64,000 nt of DNA from Ignavibacteriaceae bacterium (GTDB lineage: Bacteria > Bacteroidota > Ignavibacteria > Ignavibacteriales > Ignavibacteriaceae). The stretch's first letter is position 1. Each line of letters starts with the position of its first letter. The DNA lies in the NCBI GenBank assembly GCA_034522695.1, contig JAXHLB010000038.1:104382-168381 (forward strand), given 5' to 3'. This document shows, in pieces, positions 34,174 through 44,169 of the stretch. A program made the position numbers and the translations under genes. A model generated the notes under the pieces. That model saw only the letters and a list, made by a program, of their open reading frames with translations, had not been told where the DNA came from and searched no databases.

Positions 34174-34575
34174 TTAGCAGCCGTATTGAATCAATTTTTC
34201 CAGAACCTTCACATCAACATCATCCAGCTTATTAAATATACAGGCATCCAACGCCGGTTTTGTGCTTGCCGAGCTTTTCCAGCTAAGCGGCGTGCGTTTT
34301 CATATCCAGCACAAGATACAATGAAATGTTTGCCTTCCTCGGAGAGGAACCTATCTTGAACCATTCGACTTCTCTTCCCGTAGCGGGACTTTTGTAGATT
34401 TTATTTCCAAACCCGATCATTGAACTGCCCCACATTTTGGGTTTTTCTTTTGAAGCCTTCTGCATCAGCTTGAGTATTGTGAAACTGTCTTTACGCTTGC
34501 TTCATCTTTAACGGAGTTGATGAAGTCCTCAACGCTTGCGCTGGTTTCTTTTGTTTTTATTTCTGCGTTACTCAT
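34174..34575 (-). pseudogene. DUF1801 (YdhG-like) domain protein, frameshifted
   Basis: MSNAEIKTKETSASVEDFINSVKDEA / KRKDSFTILKLMQKASKEKPKMWGSSMIGFGNKIYKSPATGREVEWFKIGSSPRKANISLYL / ...KLDDVDVKVLEKLIQYGC*. One shift fits a lost A in GCAAAGCG (about 34490-34505). Confidence 0.6.
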
Positions 34576-34614
34576 AGTGAATTATTTTTTGTTTTGATTT
34601 TGATTTATTTCTTT

Positions 34615-34830
34615 TTTCTATATCGTCCCATACGGGACTTCAAATTCTTTTTGAAATTTTTTCTCTAAAATATCTTGTCCCTCTGGGACAAAATGTATCC
34701 TGAAAATTTATGGATGTTCAGAAAACGGTTTTATAATTAACTGTCCCGCTAGGGACAAAATATCGTGTAGCCAGTTGTAAAGTCCAAAGAGAGTCTCGTA
34801 GCTGCCCGTAGTCAGGGACAACATAGCAAT
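34615..34830. repeat. GTCCC-N4-5-GGGAC hairpin array, set B (4 hairpins)
   Basis: Hairpins cGTCCCatacGGGACt, tGTCCCtctGGGACa, tGTCCCgctaGGGACa and a degenerate fourth. It is in direct orientation relative to set A. Confidence 0.8.
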
Positions 34831-34906
34831 TCCCGAAAATATGTTTCATCGCTGCTTACACGTGATCTGTCAGACGTTTCATTGCTTTCATTTCAATCTT
34901 ACCAAT

Positions 34907-35285
34907 TTACCTTTTCGCTTTAATAATGTTCTTATAATCCCACTGGATATTTTTAGATTTTTTTAACCAGCGGGCCAAATCCCTTTTATTAATTTGTTCA
35001 ACGGAAGTGTAAAGTATTGAAGCGTCTTTAAATTTTCCGGTACCGGGTCGCAAATTTTCTTCGTTAAAACCTCCGCACCACTCCAAAACATCAGACGGAT
35101 GCCTGCTTTCAATTTACTGTATCCAACGATCGGGTTGCCCTTCCAAAAACCATACGGGATGAGCGTGCCAGATTTTATTTTCTGCTTCCGGCAAACCGCG
35201 GTCAATTTCTGCCGCAAGAGATATTGCAAATCTTTTTGTCTTCAGGAGTTTGTTTGTTGTTATATGCTATTATTTCTTTATTCAT
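34907..35285 (-). pseudogene. Second DUF1801-family protein, frameshifted
   Basis: MNKEIIAYNNKQTPEDKKICNLL / ...GNPIVGYSKLKAGIRLMFWSGA / FNEENLRPGTGKFKDASILYTSVEQINKRDLARWLKKSKNIQWDYKNIIKAKR* in shifting frames. Confidence 0.55.
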
Positions 35286-35363
35286 AGACAATCTTAATTA
35301 TTTATTACTCACCGAGACGAGAGAGATTTGGAGAGTAAATTATTTTCCAGTCGACGTCAAACT

Positions 35364-35959
35364 TCAAACCTTCAGCACACCGCAGAAACCCCGGGCAGCA
35401 TAGTATGATCCGCCCCCCCCCCCCGCCCCGACGCCCCCCCGGCCTCAGCCCCGTTGTGATACGTAAAAACTTTTTCGTACCGTCGATCGCAAAAAATAGC
35501 TCCTCCAAGTTTTCTGATATCAGCCGGTGTCTTCACCCAGCTCGATGTTTTCAAATCGAAGTTACCAAGTTTCTGCAATTCACGGTATTGTTCTTCAGTT
35601 AACAATTCAATACCCATTGCAGTTGCCATATTAATAGCGCTGTCTTTTGGTTTATTTTCTTTTCTTGATGCCAGTGCTTCAGCGTCGTAACAAAGACTTC
35701 TGCGACCACCTGGACTCTCAGTTGAACAATCATAAAAAATGTATTCATCCGTCTTTGCATTGTGTCCAACAACATCCGGTTCACCGCCGGTTCTTTCCAT
35801 TTCATTAAGCGACCATAGTCTTTCGTTATTTTTTTTCAGCTTTGTTTCAACTTTAGCCCACTCAATATTCTTGTGGCGATTCATATTTTTCTCGAATCGT
35901 GTTTTTAATGTTTTGAGAAGTTCTTCACTCTGTTTTGGCGATAATATTTTTTTCGGCAT
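35364..35959 (-). pseudogene. DUF4256-family protein disrupted by a 35-nt C-rich insertion
   Basis: MPKKILSPKQSEELLKTLKTRFEKNMNRH...GGAIFCDRRYEKVFTYHNGAE, then the insertion at 35409-35443, then (shifted frame) SYYAARGFCGVLKV* with the stop at 35364-35366. Confidence 0.65.
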
Positions 35960-36077
35960 ATTTTTTAAATATAGATTTTTTACGAAACAATTATTTGTCA
36001 GATTCCCGATGATTCGTCTTCGGCTTATCTCCGGAATGACAAGCGAATTAAAAAGTTCTCAAAACCACTTCTTCTTT

Positions 36078-37194
36078 CTAAAATAATAAATCATAAAAAG
36101 AACAACCCGATATCATCACTCCCCACAAAGCAAAGTATGCCCACGGCCATTTCATCTCCGGCATATTGGAGAAGTTCATTCCGTAAATGCCGACAATAAA
36201 AGTCAACGGAATAAATATTGTAGCGATGACAGTAAGCACCTTCATCACTTCGTTCATTTTATAGCTCATCATAGAAAGGTGAGTTTCCATTAATCCGTTT
36301 GTTATTTCCCGCTGAAGCTCGATAGTTTCGGTAATTTGGATTGTGTGGTCAAGAAGATCTCTTAAGTAGGGCACTATTTTTTTATTAATCAGTTTGGATT
36401 CTTCCCTTATCAGCCGGGTAAAAAGTTCTCTTAATGGCCAGAGAGACCGGCGAGTCAGAAGCAATTTATTTTTAAGATTGTAAATTTTTTCAATCTGTGA
36501 TCTGTCGGCATTTGTTATCACCTCATCATCAAGCGACTCAATATTTTGTTTAATCTGTTCCAAGCAAAAGAAGCATTGATCAACCACAACGTCCATCAAC
36601 GCATAAAATAAATAATCCGATGCTCCTGCTTTGATTACTCTTCCGTAATTGTTTGTAGTTCGGATCTTTAATAGGATTAAAAAGTGCTGTCGGACTTTTC
36701 AAGAAAGCTCAACACAAAACTGTTTCCAAGAATAAAGCTTACCTGCTCGGTATCAATCTGGTCTTCGCTTGGATTATATGTGAGCATTTTCATTGCAATG
36801 AAAATATAATCGTCGGCCATTTCAATCTTGGGTCGTGTTTCAGTGTTGAGGATATCTTCCAGCACCAATGGATGAATGTGAACTTCTCCCCGATTTGTTT
36901 AATCAGTTCTGTATCATGCAGTCCGCTAACGTTTACCCAGGTTACTTGCGGTGTGTCAGTGTTCCGGATCAATTTCTTCAACAGAATTTATTTCGCAGGT
37001 TTCAACGTTCTTCTCATCGTACTCAGTCAAAGTGATTTTTACTTTTTCGATTTTTTGTTCACCAACGTGGAAAATCGAGCCCGGCGGCAAACCAACTTTA
37101 GCAGAAGTCTTCTTTTTAATTTTGGGAGTGAACTGCTTTATCAGGTTTACAGGAACATCTAATATATTTTGGGAAGTTCAGAGTTTATTTTCAT
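36078..37194 (-). pseudogene. corA: CorA-family magnesium transporter, multiple frame changes
   Basis: The C-terminal fragment has the YGMNF motif and two TM helices. N-terminal fragments read ...HPLVLEDILNTETRPKIEMADDYIFIAMKML and VTWVNVSGLHDTELIKQIGEKF. The start ATG is at 37192-37194. Confidence 0.75.
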
Positions 37195-37283
37195 TTTGAT
37201 TCTTAATTGTTAGTGATATCAGTCAGTTAAAAATATAAAAAATCCCACTGTTAAACATTCCTGCTTTGCTATCTTTCAAATCA

Positions 37284-38424
37284 ATGAATAGAATATTTTT
37301 TTATCTCATCATCTTACTGGGCTTTCAATTGATTACTTCCTGTGAGTTTTTTGAGAGTTCATCGCATATAGATCCAGACGATCCCAGCATTGAGTATATC
37401 GGAAGGTTTGATTTCTCAAATCCTAAAAGCGTCAGATTCGATTGGCCGGGCGCTGCAGATACGAACAAAGTTCGAAGGAACTTCCTGTTCCATAAAATTG
37501 AAAGATGGAAATAATGATTATAATGTTTTTATAGATGGAAGACTTCACAAAATAATCAGAACAACTGCTGACACAATTTATGTGCTTGCTAACGGTCTCA
37601 AAAATAAAGTTCATACATTATTGAATAAAGAAACGTACAGAAGCACTGTTTGGCACTGAGTGCATTTGAAGGATTTATTCTTGACGGAGGCAAAGATCTT
37701 GTTAAATCAATTCGATATACTAAAAAGAAAAAGAAAAATAGAATTCGTCGGTGATTCATACTTTACCGGATTCGAAAGTAAAGGTGATTCACCTGATGGT
37801 ATGTTTCAGCCGCGAAACCGAAATAGTTATTCATCATTCGGTCCTCAGCTTGCACGAAAATTAGATGCCGATTATTCCTATTGTTGCAATTTCAGGATCA
37901 GGCGTTACGAAAAATTTATGGTGATTCACTTCGCACCTCGCGGAATTCCCGCTTCTTGAATCTATTCTGAACAGAGCTGTATGAATGATTCTTTACCGTG
38001 GGATCTTCAATCGCTGGCAGCCTGATGCAGTTGGTTCGTTCGGCTCGGCAGAAATGATTTCTGGCAGAAGCCCATCCCAAAAGAGAAATGTTCAGAAACA
38101 GCGTACTTAGGAAGCTTACTAAATGATAATTAAGAAAACATTACTCCTAATGCACATCATCTTTGCTTTGTGCAGCCCGCTGTCGAAGGATCCTTCATTG
38201 CGACTACATCAGCTAGTGTTGTTAAGTGAATTAAATGGAAAGAATAAAGACAAGAAAATTCATTTCGATTCAAACTTGATGTTAAATTAACCAGCAGAGA
38301 GGAATTTGGGCTGTGAAAAACATCCGAACACATTTGGCCAAAAAAAATTGTCCGGAGTTTCTCGAGCCGATAATCAGAAAGGAAATGAAATGGGAATCAA
38401 TTTTGAAACGGATGATTCCCATCT
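37284..38424 (+). pseudogene. SGNH/GDSL esterase (CE2-like) lipoprotein, heavily fragmented
   Basis: Signal/lipobox MNRIFFYLIILLGFQLITSC. An N-terminal beta-sandwich-like fragment (KFEGTSCSIKLKDGNNDYNVFIDG). A block-I-like IEFVGDSYFTGF. Many stops follow. The 3' end coordinate is approximate. Confidence 0.5.
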
Positions 38425-38439
38425 GAATCCCTCTGGCAA

Positions 38440-38760
38440 AAATATCAGTTTTATCTGATAGTGGTTACGTTGAGTATTTGGCAGAGGGGAAACCGTTAAA
38501 ACGGTTTGATAAAGTATTACTTTCGTATTGGCTGACTAAAAAGTCGGATGTTCCACGAGTGAAACGAAGGGAATCTCTTTTTTAATTAAAATCAAAAGAT
38601 TACTTTGGGGCTAATCGCCATCGCAATGACCCATAAATTTACTTTAGTCAGCCCTTTAATAATTTTCACACAGTCTCAGTCATAGGGCTAATAAATAACG
38701 CCTAACTAAAACTGTTTTAACAGTTTCTTTTCGATAGTGTGGAATTTCACGCAAATGTTT
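38440..38760. repeat. REP-like hairpin cluster
   Basis: AAACCGTTaaaACGGTTT, GCTGACTaaaaAGTCGG(A)T, and a GTCATTGCGA-type arm (CATCGCAATGAC). Confidence 0.45.
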
Positions 38761-39172
38761 TATGCTTTTTCCTCTTTTTGTTCCAATATAAAGTTTCCGT
38801 TCGATATGCAAACTCAATTCCTATTTTTGAATTCACGATAAAACCTTAAAGTTAACATCTTGCTGTATATCCATATACCAATTGTAATCATTACTCACAA
38901 CAAAAAACACAAATTGTTAATAGAGGCTGAAAGCGCCGATTCTAACAATTTGTCCGCGGTCATATGTTTACATCCATCATTCTCTAATAATTTCTTTTAA
39001 CTATCTCAACAGCTTCCTCAAGTTTTTCTGAAGACGTTTGATCGATAAGACCAATTTAAAATAATACCTTCTTCTTTTTTCCATTGCGTTAAAATTCTAA
39101 AATTTGTTGAACTTGTTAAGTCTCAAGTTTTAGAGAACAAGCTGCTCGCCACTCGGGAAATATTAGGGTATT

Positions 39173-39900
39173 TTAAATTCCTATGTGTTCCGATACTTCC
39201 CTTGAAACTCTCCGATGACGTCTAAAGTCGCCTATCTCAAATGGTCTGTCAAAGAAAATTACAGCAAGTCGCTGAAGAGATCGCCAAGTATAGCTTGTGC
39301 AGCGAAGCAATGTTAAGGGCGAGACCACCAATTTGCAAGCCCGGCAATTACTATGACGTAAACTCAAATACAAAGATACTCCAGCAAAAAAACAAATCCA
39401 ATAACCCATATGAAAAAATCTTGCTATCACAGTTGCTCCCATTTTCTGCTTAATTCTTCTACCGCGTCCTCCTCTGCTTCAGCTTTATTTTATATAGAAT
39501 GCAATCCGAACCTGAATGCCGAAGTTATAATTTTTATTATAAAGAAGGTGACAAGAATAACAGAGATGACATCAATACTACTTTTGAATTTTAGAATAGA
39601 GGAAGTTTAAGTGTTTTTACGGATAAGTCGAAAGCAAGAACATTATAAAATCGGGATGAGTGATTTCTCCAATCCGCGTAAGAGAAAATCATCTATCTTT
39701 GTTTCCGTATTCTTAGCCCACTTCTTAAGTCTGGCAAGAACAACTTTATTAAATCATCTGTAATAATAATTGCCGGGCCGCCGCTAAAAAATCAAACCGA
39801 GTGCGTTTATGACATCTAATAGTGTATTGCCAAAAAGTAGGATTGGTTTCAGACTTTCTTGCATAATTTTCCGGCTCCTATTTCCCTTAATCTCGATTTT
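39173..39900 (-). pseudogene. MscS-family mechanosensitive channel remnant (frameshifted and 3'-truncated)
   Basis: Fragments read KVVLARLKKWAKNTETKIDDFLLRGLEKSLIPIL, VIGFVFLLEYL... and FFDRPFEIGDF (MscS signature). Confidence 0.55.
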
Positions 39901-40024
39901 TGCTAAAAAAAAAATTTATTCTTGATTTACAATTTAATAATTCTTTAAGGGCTTGATTTTTTGTTCAATTGTTTTTACTTTTGTTCTCCCGTTGTCCCAA
40001 ATTTTTCGAGCGATATATCAAGAA

Positions 40025-42055
40025 ATGGCAATTTTTGAAGGATAATGCTCCGTTCAAAGCCAGGATCAAACAAAGAGGACACCTTTCGGGAAAATCAGGA
40101 GGCCAGTGAGGGATATTTTCAAAGCTTCCGAATGAATTTAAAGGAGCGCACATTTTTCTTCTTTCAGCCAATATACCAAACGTTTATGAATTTTAGTGGC
40201 TGACAAAGGGAAGATTTTGAAGACAGGTGAAGCAAGAGAACTCCATTGGTTCGGTTGCTGGAAAGAAGTAAAGCAGGGAAAAGCCTTTAACTCAAAATGG
40301 TTTGTCAGCTTAAAAAAGCAACCTAACTTACAACTGAAAAGGCCGACATCTGTAACGAAAAAAGAAATAAGGCTGCCATCATCTGGGAAAGTGAATGGGA
40401 GATAGCAAAATACTTAACCTGTGCAGCTACTACTCACCCAGGCTTGTAGAAAGTGGCCAACGTTCTGGAAGAAGCTCGGTGTTAGGAAAAGAGACTATGT
40501 TATTATTTATATGGGCGTAATTCCCGAAGCGGTTATCGCAATGCTTGCGTGCAGCAGGATTGGCGCAAGTGAGTTCAGTTGTTTACAGTGAGTTAAGCAG
40601 TCACGCTCTTGCAGAAAGGATAAACAATCTATCTTGCAAATATTTGAATCACTCAGGGATTATGTTCTTAAAAAAGGAAATCAGGTTAATCTTAAAAGTA
40701 AAGTTGATAGTTGTTTTACGGAATTGAGACGTGTACTTGAAGAAGTAATTCTCTTTAAAAGGTCAAAAGAGGAGGTGGAAACAGACTCCGGAAAAGAGAT
40801 TATCTGGCCAAATGAAATTGATAAAGTTTCGGATGACTGTGAAGCTGTCCCACTCCTTATCCCAACATCCTCTCTTCAGCATGTTCGCCAATAGTCCGAA
40901 AGGAGATATGATAAACATACTTCACCTGACTTTGGTCGTTTTATGGTTCAATCGTATCTTACTCCAAATAGAACTTTTGATCTTCAAGGGAAACGATATC
41001 ATAAAGACTGTTTCTGATATTAGCTGGATACCCGGACACACGTACAGTATCTATGGGTCCACTTAGGAATGGAGTGACTACATTTCTTTATCAGGGAGTT
41101 CCAATTTATCCTGAACCTGACAGGTCCTGGCAATTAATTTCAAAGTATAGAGTTAATATCTTTATATAAATCCAACAACTATCCGTGCATTGTTAAAGCT
41201 TGGTAATGAATGGGTGTTCAAGCATGATATTTCAAGCCTGAGGTTATTAGGAATAAAAAGGTAAAACAATTGAACGAGATACCTGGCTTTGGTTCTATGA
41301 AAATGTTGGAAAGCGAAAATGTCCGATTGTCAATTGCATGGTTTCAAACAGAAACCGGTTCGATGATAGTTTCGCCGTTTCCGGGAGCTTCTGAATTTAA
41401 GCCGGGTTATCTTGGCTGTCCTTTTAGCGGAATTGAAATTGATATTGTTGATCTGGAAGGCAGTTTAGGTAAAGAAGGTGAAGGTGGTTATTTGATAGTA
41501 AAAGATAGCTGGCCTTCAATGTTCACGGCGGCCAAAGAAGAAAAGGAAGAAACCAACCTCAATTGCTGGAAACAATTTAAAGGGAGCTACTTTACCCGTG
41601 ATGCTGCAATAAGGCTGAAATGTAATTTTATAAAAATATTCGGCAGGGTTGATGATGTAATTGAATCTTGCCGGAAACAGAGTCGGTGGATCTGAAATAG
41701 AAAAAGTTTTAGCAGCACATCCTTCAGTTAATGAAGCAGCAGTTCGTAAAAAGATCTGATGAAATTTATTGAGAATGCAATCGTTGCTTTTGTTACACTA
41801 AACAATGCAGAAGGCACACCGCTTCTCAAAGAAGAGTTGAGAAATTTTATTTCTGAAAAGATAGGTTCAATGGCAAAACCAGATGAGATGATATTTACTA
41901 CTGAACTGCCCAAATTAGAAGACGGAAAAATAGATCGTGGCACATTAAGGGGGAAAGCCAAAGAAGGCTTAAAGGAACTTTCAGGCGAAGAAGCCGAACA
42001 TCAATTAAACTCTGAAAAACTCAGAGGGGATTACCAGAAATTATACTTTGAGTAG
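40025..42055 (+). pseudogene. acs: Acetyl-CoA synthetase, at least six fragments
   Basis: Fragments read [75 protein letters not shown] and C-terminal IAFVTLNNAEGTPLLKEELRNFISEKIGSMAKPDEMIFTTELPK...GKIDR in different frames. Confidence 0.75.
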
Positions 42056-42220
42056 TTGATACATTAATATCGGCTACAACAAATGTTAGCTACAACAATT
42101 CTTAACCCTGTTCGATAAATCCTGATGAAAAAATTGGTTGCTATTTGTTTATTAATTAATCTTTCACAATTTTACAACAAGTCAATTCAATTTATTAACG
42201 TAATTCTTAAGGAGACTATT

Positions 42221-42682
42221 TTGAAAAATCTTATTGGTATTTCTATATCCACTCTTTTACTATTTCTTTTTGTCGCTAATGTTTCAGCTCAACAGTGGTC
42301 TGATGAGCAGAAGGCTGTCTGGGCTGGTGTTGAAGCATATTGGGCAGCAAGCGCTTCAGGCAATCCGATGTCGTTTTTAGACTACTTCGATGAATCATAT
42401 CTTGGTTGGTCTTATGACAATGAAACTCCCAGCGGCAAAAGTGATGCTGTAAAATCTTTAGGCTACTGGTTCACACGGCAAAATGCAGTATACTATTCAT
42501 CGGATCCTACAAAAATCTGGGTTAATGGTAACTTCGCCTATGTTCATTATTATTATACACAGGTTAGTGAAAGTAATGATGGAAAACCAACTACTGAAAG
42601 AGGACGCTGGACAGATATCCTGATGAAGAAAGGCGACAAGTGGATGCTCGTTGGCGATCACGGCGGCGAAATTAAAAATTAA
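42221..42682 (+). CDS. Secreted SnoaL/DUF4440-like (NTF2-fold) protein; intact
   Basis: Signal peptide (LKNLIGISISTLLLFLFVANVSAQ from a TTG start at 42221), then QQWSDEQKAVWAGVEAYW...RGRWTDILMKKGDKWMLVGDHGG. The start choice is uncertain (the track starts at 42125). Confidence 0.6.
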   Translation: MKNLIGISISTLLLFLFVANVSAQQWSDEQKAVWAGVEAYWAASASGNPMSFLDYFDESYLGWSYDNETPSGKSDAVKSLGYWFTRQNAVYYSSDPTKIWVNGNFAYVHYYYTQVSESNDGKPTTERGRWTDILMKKGDKWMLVGDHGGEIKN

Positions 42683-42883
42683 TGATTAGTAGTTCGGATT
42701 AATCAAAACGGGGGGCGGAATTCTCTTGCCCCTTATATTATTTTAGAATTGGTATCCCGTCATTTCTCGCCACCGATTCTGTTAGCCAGAAAAATCCTTA
42801 AGCACTTCCGTTTATTACTTAAAAAGTTTTACCTTGCTTGATTTTAGTAATTGACAAAAAATCTATCATAAAAAAGGTACAAA

Positions 42884-43520
42884 ATGAAAAAACTCAGCAC
42901 TTCAATATTCGCATTAGCAATAATCCTATTTTTTTGGGGATTAGTTTCTTCCCGAACCACGCATGATGTTACGGTTACCAATTTTCTCGTTTTCCCCGGA
43001 GAGTTGACGATTGCAGTTGGTGATGCTGTCAGATGGACAAATGTTCTTGGTATGTACAATGTGGTTGCAGATGACAACAGCTTCACAAGCGGTCCGGCAG
43101 CACCGGCACCGTGGGAATTTACACATACTTTTACTACGGTTGGTCTTCATCCTTACTATTGTGAACCACATGGTGGGCCGGGTGGCTCGGGACTGGCGGC
43201 TGTAGTCATTGTTACAAAGTCCGGTTACGTGTTGATGATGAAAAATTAATAGCAGATAAGTTTGAGCTCCTCGGCAGAACTTATCCTAATCCATTTAACC
43301 CGAGCACCAATATCGGATTTCGGATTTCGGATCGCGGATTTGTTTCTTTAAAGGTTTACAATATTCTCGGTGATGAAATTGCTACACTAATAAATGAAGA
43401 GAACAAGCGAGCTTTTACGATATAACTTTTTGATGCAACAGGTTTATCCAGCGGAATGTATTTGTATGAACTTACAGGCGGGCAGTTCGTGGAGACGAAG
43501 AAGATGATCTTACTCACGAT
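42884..43520 (+). pseudogene. Cupredoxin (plastocyanin-like) protein with a frameshifted T9SS C-terminal domain
   Basis: HDVTVTNFLVFPGELTIAVGDAVRWTN...YYCEPHGGPGGSG. After the track stop at 43249, other frames read YPNPFNPSTNIGF...LKVYNILGDEIATLINEE...GMYLYELTGGQFVETKKMILL. Confidence 0.6.
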
Positions 43521-44169
43521 AAGTATGATTGTAGTGAGAAAAAGAACCTGTAGGGCGATTCAATGAATCGCTCTCTTTTCTTCAAAGATTATTTTTGAGT
43601 ATGAGCTAATTGACAATTTATTTTTTTTATAAAGGTTACCATTTCACCTTCAGATCTTCAACCCACATTGCTTCAAGGGTTTCAAAGCTCGGTTCGTAAT
43701 TCTCTATAGGTCTCTTGGCCTTTAATCTTCATGGATCCTGCTCAAAGAATAATAATATTCCCAAATTGGAATTCATTGCCATAGCTGGTTGTAATCTTCG
43801 AGTTCAAGCTCGATAGTGCGTGCTTCTAGTGTTTAGCTTGCAAGTGAAGCGACGTACCCTTAGAGTTTTTGATCAGTTTTGCTGATGGGTACAACCCATG
43901 AATTTTTTAGTATATTATTCTTCGTTTTGAATTTAATTACTTAAGTGAATACAACTCAGCATATATTTTCGACTTTATTTTGACTAAAAATTAGCTCATT
44001 AACAAGGAATTTTTTTAAACACATACAAGTTGCTGTAAGAGAATTAACGATGACCGAACAGCTATTTATCCAGATAAACTTTCTGTAAGGTTACTACTTC
44101 AGGCATCTCCTTCCTTGACTCTTGTAGTTCTATCTATTTTGCTCAGACATAAAGACGAGATTTTAATAA

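Noticed and set aside
33950-34830. The GTCCC...GGGAC hairpin arrays could be a degenerate CRISPR array.
   Set aside because: The repeat unit is only about 15-17 bp and fully palindromic, and the spacing is irregular. The 'spacers' are themselves conserved between set A and set B. No cas genes are present. This pattern fits REP/BIME-type elements better.
35305-35602. Pro/Gly/Arg-rich ORFs (35305-35508 minus strand, 35405-35602 plus strand).
   Set aside because: They arise from translating the 35-nt C-rich tract and the antisense of the DUF4256 gene. They are not independent genes.
43620-43900. Minus-strand fragments resembling a small antitoxin/DUF-type protein (…KAKRPIENYEPSFETLEAMWVEDLKVKW).
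   Set aside because: It is too fragmentary, with several stops, and no diagnostic motif could be identified by eye.
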